DNA of 64,000 nucleotides from Schmidtea polychroa (Eukaryota), in NCBI GenBank assembly GCA_044892525.1, contig CM097887.1, forward strand, positions 103,146,397 through 103,210,396, given 5' to 3'. Of this stretch, positions 12,740 through 23,869 are shown in pieces. The notes under the pieces are model-generated. The model was not told the origin of the DNA. It searched no databases and worked only from the letters and a program-made list of their open reading frames with translations. Each line of letters starts with the position of its first letter. Positions within the stretch are counted from its first letter, which is position 1. The translations under genes and the position numbers were made by a program.

Positions 12740-13793
12740 TGTTGGGTTTTTGGTTAATTTAAGTCGGTTCCCTCTGACTCCTCGTGTCCTTTAAATCAAA
12801 ACAATAACGACCCAACGTATATTGAAATAACAAATTCACAATCTTTTCTCACCACTTTACAATTAATAATCAAAGTTACGTTTGACCGATTCGCCGCTCG
12901 GTGTTGATGCTTTGATAAAGATAATATTCACCTTTTATTCTCTTAGGTTCTCTTGACCAACGTTTTCCTCTTTTTCTGTTTGATTTGATCCTTTTCACGC
13001 TTTTTATTCGTATACTATCTCTTCTTTTTCCCTAATCTTCTAAATTCGTTTTCGCCTTTTCCTAAGCTCGGTTTATTCTTACCCTACCTGAGGCAAAATG
13101 CCAATTTGCTCTGATTTTCCCTTTCCTTTTATACTCCTCGAAATCGGGATGACAAATGGTTATTGCCGAGCCAATCTTTCTCTTGACATTTGCTTCCACG
13201 TATCTGCTTCGGCTGTCACTTATAATGGTCCAACGAACCAAGATAATTAATGGCCCTTCCGGCCTTTCTACACGCACTGTCTTCTCCTTGCTCTTTTCCA
13301 ATTAATCATTGTGTCAAGCTAATGGGCCCAAATCTTCCTTCTGTTTACTTTTCTTCTTGTTTACCCAGCTCGGGTTTCCTTCATCTCTCGGGTTCTCCAT
13401 TGGCTCGGATTTCCCATTAGCTCGGGTTTTCTATTAGCCAATTAATTAATTAATTAACATTTTCTGTTTTTACACATTTGAATGCTTTTCGACCCTTCCT
13501 AACCATTTTCTGATAAATCCCTAATCATCATCTTGTTGACCATTAACTAATCTATACCTGTCCCGTTTTCCCAATTCGATTTCGATGATTTTACAATTTA
13601 TTTATTTTTCTCGGATTTCCGGATTCTTGCCTTTCGCAATTGCTTTTGGCATTTTCTAATACTGCTTCCATCACACTTTCCTTTACTATCGCTTCTGTGC
13701 ATGATCCCGCTTCTATTTGTCTTTTTTCTCCACTTACTTTTTATTATTAACCTAAATTTCATTTAAATTTATTTTAATTTAAGGACCTCAACA
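12740..13793 (-). mobile_element. Solo LTR (~1054 bp) of a gypsy-like family
   Basis: Termini TGTTGGG...CTCAACA, 4-bp TSD GAAG at 12736-12739 and 13794-13797; related copies start at 44279 and 35384; ~18-nt gctcggg..tcccatt(a/g) tandem units at ~13368-13440 (CCAAT-like on minus strand). Orientation inferred. Confidence 0.75.
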
Positions 13794-15137
13794 GAAGTTA
13801 TGTTGCTAATATTTATTACACAATTTTTCATCCGATCAATATTTCTGTGAAAATTCTTGGTTTAGTTCATAAAAGTGTTTGCTCTATCCACTGTCTGGTA
13901 TCCATCAAAATTTATCTAATAACCCAGAAAATGTAGATACCTGAAAATACGATTATTAAATATTCATTAAATCAAGGAAACTAAAATATTTACAACTAAT
14001 TTGTGGCAAACCTTCATCTTCAGGTGTAATTTTAGGAAAAGAATAATTTCCACTCAATTCTATAATCAATTCTGTTGTGAATACAAACAATGAAGGCCTA
14101 AAACCATTTAAAAAATAAGGCATAGTGCCACTTAAATTTAGCAAATAGATTGTGTCAAATCAAAGTAACATACAATAGATGAAGTAGTTTAAGATCTGAA
14201 AGTCCCGGTTACAAGGAGGAAATGGTATGATATGGAAACCAGTACCAGAGCTTACAAGTTTGAAGGATGATTTGTAATAGGATTAGCAAACGGCAAATCT
14301 AAATGCGAGTTGATCTTTCGAAAGATAATAATAATAAATAATAAATATCGTAAATCCTTTAAATGGTGTACTAAAATCCATATTGAAAATAAAGTAATGG
14401 ATCCACCTGTCTATCTACACAATCTATCATCAATCAGATTACACATGACCAACATTATTGCTAAGGAAGATGACAATGGGTCTCACCTAATAGAAGTAAA
14501 ATCATTTGTCATTTTCAAGTCATGGACAAGATTAGACTGGACTTATATATCAGTCTGGTGTGTTTCTATCGTTGGATAAGGTCAGGAGAGGTCTTTCCAA
14601 TTTTTTCACTATGAATATTACGAGAAGCATTTTTCAGATAATGGTTAACACATTTTGCATTCGACTCTTAAGAGGTTAATTATTTTAAAAAATTATACAT
14701 CGCATATTTAATACAATAACTTCATTTTTTCTGTTTACATATTAAATGAAATAAGAACAAAAATCAAAATTTACATTTACATAGCATAATCTTATACTTA
14801 CAAACTCATTATTCAAATTTAAAATCTATTCTTAATTTTTTTTAATTTAGAAATTCTCTCATGTTGTGTTGTATTAAAAGTTGTGTAGACCTAAGTGGTA
14901 CAAGCAAGGATGCAGACATACACACATGTATGATATACACACATGCGTGTTTCAGTGATTACACACTGACACGAGCTTGTTGATACGTGATTGTGTGCAG
15001 GCAGAATAAGGCGAACAACACTGCCTTATATTTATAGAATGGGATTGTATTAAGTTCTATAAGTGCTCAATCGATTAAATTTTTATATCATAATAAAAAT
15101 AATATCAATGATAATTAAAACTAAAAATTCTGTTTAA

Positions 15138-15469
15138 ATGAATACAAATTTGAGTTATAATGCTCTAGAAGAAAAGCTTCAATATATCAAAAGCAGCTTA
15201 AATAATCTATGTGTTATTTTGGATCAGTACAAGGATGGTCCCAGCGGAAAAGAAATGGATACAATATCAATTGCCAGTTCTCTATTATCATATCATACAG
15301 CACTTGATACATTGAGTTTATCCTCTTCTGATTCATATTTTTCCGCAGTTGATCATATAGGATTCAAAGAATTATCAATTTCAACAACTTGTGGTGAGAA
15401 TTATATTTTTAATTTTATCCAGTGACTGATAATTTATTCAATTCGCCAAGAAAACTGATAAAAAAATAG
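15138..15469 (+). CDS. Candidate orphan gene, join(15138..15393,15423..15469), 100 aa, with two tandem FFAT-like motifs
   Basis: 95-aa ORF; GTGAGA donor at 15394 and ttttatccAG acceptor at 15422 give a 29-nt phase-1 intron that continues in frame VTDNLFNSPRKLIKK*. Confidence 0.5.
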
Positions 15470-17794
15470 GCATATTTTCTCTTTTTTTCTTTTTCTCTAA
15501 ATTGGAGATTTTTCATTCTAAATAAATCTTTTAAATCTATAAATTAAAAATGATTTTGCGTAACTAGAATTCTTTTCTTTCATAGGATTTTAATTAAAAA
15601 TATGAATTATTTTACCAATAAAGTTATGAAAATTTAATATTTTTATTATTCTTCCCGGATTTATTTTGCTAGAATAAAAACTTTAAAAATATTTTTTTAA
15701 TGCCAGTGACTACTTATTAATCTATTAATATAATTCCATATTAAATAAAGTTAAAAATTCAACTTGTCTCATTTAGAAAATAGAAACAATAGAAATTTGT
15801 GAAATATACTAAAATAAGAAAATTTATTAATTGAATAGATTCAGGCAAAATAATTCAATAAATAACTAAAAAGTTCGCTAATTNNNNNNNNNNNNNNNNN
15901 NNNNNNNNNNNNNNNNNNNNNNNNNNNNNNNNNNNNNNNNNNNNNNNNNNNNNNNNNNNNNNNNNNNNNNNNNNNNNNNNNNNNNNNNNNNNNNNNNNNN
16001 NNNNNNNNNNNNNNNNNNNNNNNNNNNNNNNNNNNNNNNNNNNNNNNNNNNNNNNNNNNNNNNNNTTGGTAGAATCATGATTTGCCTAGTGATATTCATC
16101 ATACGTAAGCATTTTGAACCAACACTCTCGTCGAATAAGACATGGGAACTTTACACCACTCTGGTGCCTTATGTTAGGGCTTTGTGTTGGGTTTTGAAGC
16201 TATTTAAAAAATTAAGAAACTCAAAAAGACTTTTTGGAATTACATTATCACAGGTAAATACAAACATCAATACAGAAAGAAGGTGGTTTTCTTGAATCTA
16301 GTGGTTTCCAGTCACAAGAAACAAATTTGGTGGTCAACATATTGGGTTTTGATATAAACCGATTCCGTACGTTCGATCAGCTGATCTAATTGTGAAATGT
16401 ACGTTGGTGCATCTTGGAGAGTTTTTCAGAAGATTCCTTTAAAATAATTCAGTGGTTGATTTCGCTGATTTTGGTAAACGCGCAAAAATATTCTTTCTTG
16501 TTATAGGGCCCAATATTAAAATATAAAATTAGATTTTAGTTTTAACAAAAATGTTAATATATATTTGTAAGCTTTTATATCATTATCACTACATTTTATA
16601 AAGACCATATATGACTCAGATAATTATGTTAAATTTTAATAACTCATGTATATACTATATCTGTTATGCGTAAAATCGGGCTCGCGTTACCTTTAGAAAT
16701 TTAATATACTTAACCCTTTTCATAGAACTTTATAAATCACTACATCACCAGCCTATCATTAAATTTTTCAACTCTGTTTGATAAAATATTTTCCTTAAAG
16801 ATTTCTTGATTCTTAGATGGAGAAAACGCTCTTAAACTATTATTTTCGACTCAAGAAATGACAAAATGACATTGAAATACTCTAAGATACTCGCCAATGT
16901 AATGTTATTCAAATCTTCAAAAAAAGTGTATTTTCAAATATTACTAATATTAATTACTATTTTATGCAAATTTTCTTTTACTTTTTAATACAGGAAAAAT
17001 ATTTATTACTATTTAAAATAGTATTTTAAGGTTTTTATTTATTATTTCATATCAATAATTAATACTTATTATTTTCTATATATGCACATTTTTGATACAC
17101 TTTTACATTAATTCAGGATTAAAATAATTAAATTCAATTAAATTCCTTTTTTAAATTAATAATAATAATTATTATTTTAACTGTCGTTTAAATTTAATGG
17201 TCCAGCAATTTAAAGAAGCGACAGACAATTAGATTTACCCGCATTAAAGACGAAATCCATGATTATTTTTGATTTAAAGTTATAGATTTAAAATTTTTTT
17301 GATTATTTTTAGAGAGAAAAATAAATCTTGAAACAAATTTAAAAATAAATTTGTTTTATTTATTAAAAAAATCATTTAAACTATAAATTTAAACAATATA
17401 AAAATTAACATATATTATTCTCATTTTCATAATTCAATAACAGCAATTCTATTGAAAGTTCATTTTTATTGTTAATCAGTAACAGCATTTATGTGGAAAA
17501 AATATTTTTTACATATCATGCTAGTTGATCACCCGATTGTAACAACCCCATGGGAGCATTTTGTCACAAAAGTGCACTTTATTTATATAAATATATCGAT
17601 TATCAATAATATTTTTGTCAATCAAACGACGTTCATTATTTAATATTAAATATAAATTATTAATTTTTTGTACGAAAATCCAATCAAATGTATAAATATT
17701 AGATTTATTAATTATGTTATGTCATACTAAAGGCAATGTTGCGTCATCGTCTAGTGAGAAATTCCAAGGTGATCTATTGTCAGATGACTGTATG

Positions 17795-17936
17795 ACTATT
17801 AAAACTAACTCATGTATACCCATAGTGCAGTATACCGTGGCTGAATGTGAGCAGACTGGTGAGCTTTGTTACCAAGACTACTTTCTACTTGACACTCATA
17901 GGAGATCCTAGACGGCATTTAGAAGGTCTTACGTCT
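17795..17936. repeat. Dispersed repeat family A, diverged partial copy 3
   Basis: gtgcagtataccgtggctgaa..ctggtgagct..tagaaggtcttacgtc aligns by eye with copies 1, 2 and 4. Confidence 0.6.
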
Positions 17937-18202
17937 TTTGCGAATCGACTTTCCGGAGTTAACCATGGGCATATGACTCGGTGAAAATTAGAACGTAATC
18001 AAGTGACGGGAATTACCTGAATTTATAATATGAAATTAAAAATAACTAAAATTAAATCTTGGAATTAAGAACCACAAGAAATATTACAACAACCAAACAA
18101 GAAAAATAAAAATTGATATCAATGTTCACAATGAGGATGATTTAACTGTTAATTGGAATTTGCTTGTGTCAGAAGATCGTCCAAGTTGAAAAGGACCTCA
18201 TC

Positions 18203-18205
<3 letters not shown>

Positions 18206-18262
<57 letters not shown>
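18206..18262. repeat. (TA)n microsatellite
   Basis: Perfect TA run of ~28 units inside a relatively GC-rich segment. Confidence 0.95.
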
Positions 18263-18264
<2 letters not shown>

Positions 18265-18884
18265 TGATGCTGACGTCTCTTCCTGTAGACGCCGTTTTTG
18301 ATTCCTCTACGCTTGACACAGGTGTTTCTTCTTTGAGGTCTTAGTTGGAGCTAGAACTGGGATGGTCACCTCACTGAGATCGATAACGGGCGATGAGCCC
18401 ATGAAGAAAACTGAGGGATGAAGAAAGATGAAAGGAAGATGAATGGCTGTAGTTGGGCGTTTGGTTCCGTTTCAGGCAGATGGTAGGCCGAAATAACGTT
18501 TGCTAGCTACGCCAACGAGAGATTTAGGATCCGTAATTGTAGCTCGGCCTGAATACAAACCTGATGGAACGCCGCAGCCTGCTCCTGAATTAGGCTTTAC
18601 TGAGCCCGACTCTCCTCTATCTTCAGTAAGGCCTCTTTCATCTGTACAGGTGTGAACCAAGTGCCTCGAGGTGGAGCCCTATTTTGTGTCTCGCTTCACT
18701 CTTATCTGGGCAGGAGAAGCAGGGTTGGATCGATGAATTGGTGATAGCACATTTTCCTATAAAGATTAAAAAAGAATACATTAAATAGGTTAAAGATATA
18801 GCACTGAAACAGTAAGCGAGAGGTAAGGGGACACACAAGAACCAGAAAATCTAGGGATCTATTTAGAATCAACCGAGCCCACAT

Positions 18885-19410
18885 GTTAATGACAATGATG
18901 ACAATGTCCTAATAATAGTGTAAAACATAATAACAATACTAATAACCATAATGATAGTGACGNNNNNNNNNNNNNNNNNNNNNNNNNNNNNNNNNNNNNN
19001 NNNNNNNNNNNNNNNNNNNNNNNNNNNNNNNNNNNNNNNNNNNNNNNNNNNNNNNNNNNNNNNNNNNNNNNNNNNNNNNNNNNNNNNNNNNNNNNNNNNN
19101 NNNNNNNNNNNNNNNNNNNNNNNNNNNNNNNNNNNNNNNNNNNNNNNNNNNNNNNNNNNNNNNNNNNNNNNNNNNNNNNNNNNNNNNNNNNNNNNNNNNN
19201 NNNNNNNNNNNNNNNNNNNNNNNNNNNNNNNNNNNNNNNNNNNNNNNNNNNNNNNNNNNNNNNNNNNNNNNNNNNNNNNNNNNNNNNNNNNNNNNNNNNN
19301 NNNNNNNNNNNNNNNNNNNNNNNNNNNNNTTATAATTATAGTAATGATCATTAGAAGAATGAAGATAACAATAATCAGGGTAATTATAAGAATAATGATG
19401 GAAATGTAGG
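18885..19410. repeat. Degenerate (AAT/GAT)n trinucleotide array spanning an assembly gap
   Basis: ataataacaatactaataac-type repeats flank N-run 18963-19329; same composition as 5560-6170 in the opposite orientation. Confidence 0.85.
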
Positions 19411-21500
19411 CATTTTTTCGATAGTCGAACATTATTTGTTTTATTTTGTTGAATCTATTCTTCGTCGTAAAAGGTTTAAATTATTGTCTCATGGTTTGAT
19501 AGGTAATAATAATACTAGTATCAATTATACGCCTAACAATAATAATTATAACAAGAACGATAAAATAATAATAATGCTTTAAGATATGTTTCTTGTACAA
19601 CTGCTTGAGTGTATCAATATACTATTTTTACTTTATTTAATTTTTGTCATGTTTACTTTTGTTTATACTTGGTGTTTTTATTAAAATTAAATAATTTTAT
19701 GTGATTTCTATGTTGTGTAGCTTCGTTTTGACTGATTATCTGCACTTATTTTCGATCTATTTTTACTCATTTTAGTTAATTTTGGATTCTGATTTCCTCC
19801 CAAGATCTCGTTCCCCACTCGCACAATTAACACAACTGTTATATTAAATGAAATTTTTATTATATAAAAACCAATTTTGTTTAAATCCGTTGACATTATC
19901 TAAATGAGTGAAAATTAAAAAAAGTCCAAAAATATGTAAGTGCAAAACTAATAAAAATGCATACGAAAGGTTAAAGCGGAATATTGCAATTTCAAATCTG
20001 TCCATGTAATTACGTTAATACAAATTAATTAATTAAAATATTTGTTGACGACACTAATCTTTTTAATATGAAAACACTATCATCGAGTTTGACTTGCGCT
20101 GTAAATAAATAATAATAATAATAATAATAATAATTGTATTTATTAAAAATCTTGACTATGAATAAGTAAATAAATACATTGTCAATTTAAAAGAAATCAG
20201 TAATGAANNNNNNNNNNNNNNNNNNNNNNNNNNNNNNNNNNNNNNNNNNNNNNNNNNNNNNNNNNNNNNNNNNNNNNNNNNNNNNNNNNNNNNNNNNNNN
20301 NNNNNNNNNNNNNNNNNNNNNNNNNNNNNNNNNNNNNNNNNNNNNNNNNNNNNNNNNAATTTATTAAAATTTGTCAATTTGTTATACAAAGTTTGTCAAT
20401 AAAGTGTAGCCAGGACTTATGAACCAGAAAATCCTTTATATATGATGTATAATTAATTCGAACATCAAAAATTGAACTATTGAACTTGCACCCAAAGTCT
20501 AAAAACTTTAATTAGCCATCGATAAAATTAATTTGTTAGATTGCATGTGATTTTCGTTTAAAATTAATTTTATAGATTTATAATATCAGTAAATTTTAAC
20601 CTTGATTGAATGAATGGGAAAAAATTGAACAGATAAAAGATTTTTATTAAATATATCCGAGAAAACATTTTCTTAAAAGTTCAAAAATTATTTTATAAAT
20701 CAAATCTGTTTAAAAATTTCAATATTACTCCAATAAAACTATTATAAATAATTTATCCTTTTAATTTTTGTGTAATATATTTACTTTTAGACTTGAATCA
20801 CATTTTTTTGGTAAAATAAATGATTTATAAATATGAATTATATTTAAATTATTTATACTGTTTCATGTTACACTTATCAGTTACATCCGAAGTTACGAAA
20901 ACAAAAACAAATTAAATAGTCTTTTTAAGCTTTTTAATGATATAAAAAGTTCGAATAATCCAAAATTATTTTGTTATTTAATTAATTTATATAAAAATAT
21001 GTTTACCATAATTTTNNNNNNNNNNNNNNNNNNNNNNNNNNNNNNNNNNNNNNNNNNNNNNNNNNNNNNNNNNNNNNNNNNNNNNNNNNNNNNNNNNNNN
21101 NNNNNNNNNNNNNNNNNNNNNNNNNNNNNNNNNNNNNNNNNNNNNNNNNNNNNNNNNNNNNNNNNNNNNNNNNNNNAAATTGTTAAAATAAAATAACACT
21201 ATTTGTTTTAATGTAAATTGAGGTGGCATTGAAGTAATTTAATATAAACTAATTTGGAATTAAAACAAATAATCATAAGAGATGTCATGAATTAATCAAA
21301 ACTAATTAAAAAGTTATAAAATTCTAAAAGAAAATAAATTTTTTAAAAACGACTAGCCGTGTAAAACAATTTACCACTTTGTTTTTTATCAGCACACTTT
21401 TTACATAGGGCTGAAGTGGAAGAATTCAGTTCAAGACCTAATTTAAATTTAGATGTATTTTTAAAATATTTGTTATTATTAGTTTAAATATATGACAATG

Positions 21501-21538
21501 TGAATCACAATGAATCACAATGAATCACAATGAATCAC
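21501..21538. repeat. 10-bp tandem repeat (TGAATCACAA) x~4
   Basis: Directly visible. Confidence 0.9.
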
Positions 21539-22850
21539 TAGATGAAGTATCTTAAATAAATGATATTCTGAATAATATTAGACAAAAAACATATGTAAAA
21601 ATATATACTTAATGAAAATTAGTCATAGAAACCATTTATTTTAAGGTCTTCACAAGTTTGAACTTGCAAACTACATCTTTTGGTCAAATAATTTTGATAT
21701 TCAACTTTTTCATTTTCATAAATATTTTATCTATATAAGTCTTGAAAAATAAATTACTATTAGTCCATATTTAAAAAAATATTTTATAATAAATTCCACG
21801 AAACCGTAATAATAAATATTGATAAATGAAATTTAATTGCATATTAACAGAATATTTTTTACCGTTTCAGAAAGAAGCTCTTAAATTACTTCCTAGGATG
21901 CATTGTAATCATTTTCATGTGATAAATCTGATTCGTTTCAATATTTTTAATCTTCATAAAATATTTTGTTTTACCGTATCATTTAAGATATTTCCCTTTA
22001 ATGTTTATTTATAAAATAATAAAATACACTGTTATAAAATATCACTTAATTCTAGATTTAGTGCTTCAATTTAAAATTAAAATTAAAACGTTTTATTATG
22101 ATACTCATATTCAGATTCATTAGAAATAAAATAGTTTTAAAAATTATTTATAATATGATTTTCGTAAAATCCATTCAAACATTTCATTTGAAATGCATTT
22201 GCTGATATTAATAATCCTGAAATATCACAAAATATTGCAAATATGTTAAATAAAAATGACAGTAGGGGAGATGCGGAACACTTGATCCCCTTTTTATTTA
22301 ACCACTTGTCGGGCGCGCGCTCAAATATGCGTGCAAAAAATGTGTACCATTTCAGGCGAGCGCTCACATGTGAGCGCAAACTCATATAGAAAAAATATTG
22401 TCCTTTGAATAAGAAATCTGATCCCGGGCGTGGACTAACATATGAGCGATATTTCGAACAACATTATTTTACGATATTTATGTTCTAAACTGCCATTTCT
22501 TAGGTCATTTTTTTTATAAACACATGTGAATTTTCGACTATACACACATGAATTCCAGGTTCGTATTTTTTTCATATTTTCTAAAATATCAGTTGTCCAA
22601 TAATCACGCGCGCGACTGCATCGTTTTTGAATTGTTTCACTTCGTCCTTCGGACATTTCGTGTTTTTCAAACTGTTTTTTGTTTGTGTATGTGTGTGTGT
22701 GTGTGTGCACTTTGATATATAATAACAATAATTAATAATTAGTGAATACAAACTTGGAAAATTAAAAAATATATATTTACGTTATATTTTGATTATATAC
22801 TATTAATTAATGATTTAAAAAAAATAGTCTTTTTTGACCGAAAACATATA

Positions 22851-22972
22851 TGTTGGGACATTGATTAATTATTTTAAAACAATATTTAAAAAAGAACAAG
22901 TTAATTTGTTTAAATATTGTGTTTGTTAAATAAATAAATGTTTTGAATGTTTTTGTAACTATGAGTCTTACA
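22851..22972 (+). repeat. 5' LTR (122 bp)
   Basis: TGTTGGGACA...TCTTACA; 121/122 identical to 26837-26958; contains AATAAA. Confidence 0.96.
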
Positions 22973-23869
22973 AATGGTGTCAGAAACTCCGAAGTTGACC
23001 ATGTCTCGGTCAAAATTCCGGCCATTTTTCAAAATCAAAGTCTATGGTTCAAGCAAGTGGAGGCCAGCTTCAAGATATCCAGAATTACAGAAGAGACCAC
23101 AAAGTATTTTCATTTAATTTCAAATCTCCCAACAACGTTGCTAACAAAGTACGAACACTTACTGGACTCAGAAACCGAACTTCCATACACCACTCTGAAG
23201 GAAGCAATCTTAGCTGGTTTTGAACTATCAAGGACAATATCACTAACTGACCTGATGAGAGACGACTGCCTGGGAGATCGATCTCCATCAGAAGCGCTTC
23301 AACACATTACAGGACAAATACAAAGAATAGACACATCCATGGACCCATTCAACAGTCCTATATCTCGGGAATTATTCATGCGACTACTACCAAGATCTGT
23401 TCAAGACATCCTATTATCGATGCCATCGACGGACCTTCGGAAATTAGCGATCACAGCAGACAGAATAATGATATCAAAGCGTCAATCAGTGAAGGCAATT
23501 GAACACGAAGATTGCAATAATCAAGAAGTAGGAGACAAGACGAGAACAATCATGGAACTGCAGGAAGAAATAAATGCAATACGACAACAATTGAACAATA
23601 AAAACACCGGTAAGTTATGTTTTTATCATAGTAAATTTGGGCATAGGGCGATGAAATGTCAACCACCATGTGAATGGAATGCAAATCAGAACGACAACTA
23701 TCAATCGGGGAAGTACAACAGAGAGAAATATCAAAATTTCGAACCGTCAAACATATCGTCAAGGAACAACAACAACAATTTCAACAAAAACAGCAACTTC
23801 AACAAAAACGGCAACTTCAACAGCAACAACCACAGAGAGAACCAGGGAAACGAGAGAAGGTTTCATTGA
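22961..23869 (+). CDS. gag: Gag (302 aa from ATG 22961)
   Basis: VKIPAIFQNQSLWFKQVEASFKISRITEETTKYFHLISNLP N-terminus and CFYHSKFGHRAMKCQPPCEW Cys/His motif typical of Mag-like gypsy Gag; Asn-rich tail with 18-nt repeats. Confidence 0.9.
   Translation: MSLTNGVRNSEVDHVSVKIPAIFQNQSLWFKQVEASFKISRITEETTKYFHLISNLPTTLLTKYEHLLDSETELPYTTLKEAILAGFELSRTISLTDLMRDDCLGDRSPSEALQHITGQIQRIDTSMDPFNSPISRELFMRLLPRSVQDILLSMPSTDLRKLAITADRIMISKRQSVKAIEHEDCNNQEVGDKTRTIMELQEEINAIRQQLNNKNTGKLCFYHSKFGHRAMKCQPPCEWNANQNDNYQSGKYNREKYQNFEPSNISSRNNNNNFNKNSNFNKNGNFNSNNHRENQGNERRFH
22975..22985 (+). promoter_or_regulatory. Primer-binding site, tRNA-Leu-like
   Basis: TGGTGTCAGAA two nt after the LTR; matches the start of the known Leu-type PBS TGGTGTCAGAAG. 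Confidence 0.8.

Noticed and set aside
15138-15425. Calling this ORF mitoguardin because of the SDSYFSA motif
   Set aside because: No N-terminal membrane anchor or C-terminal lipid-binding domain exons found; only the short linear motif is shared.
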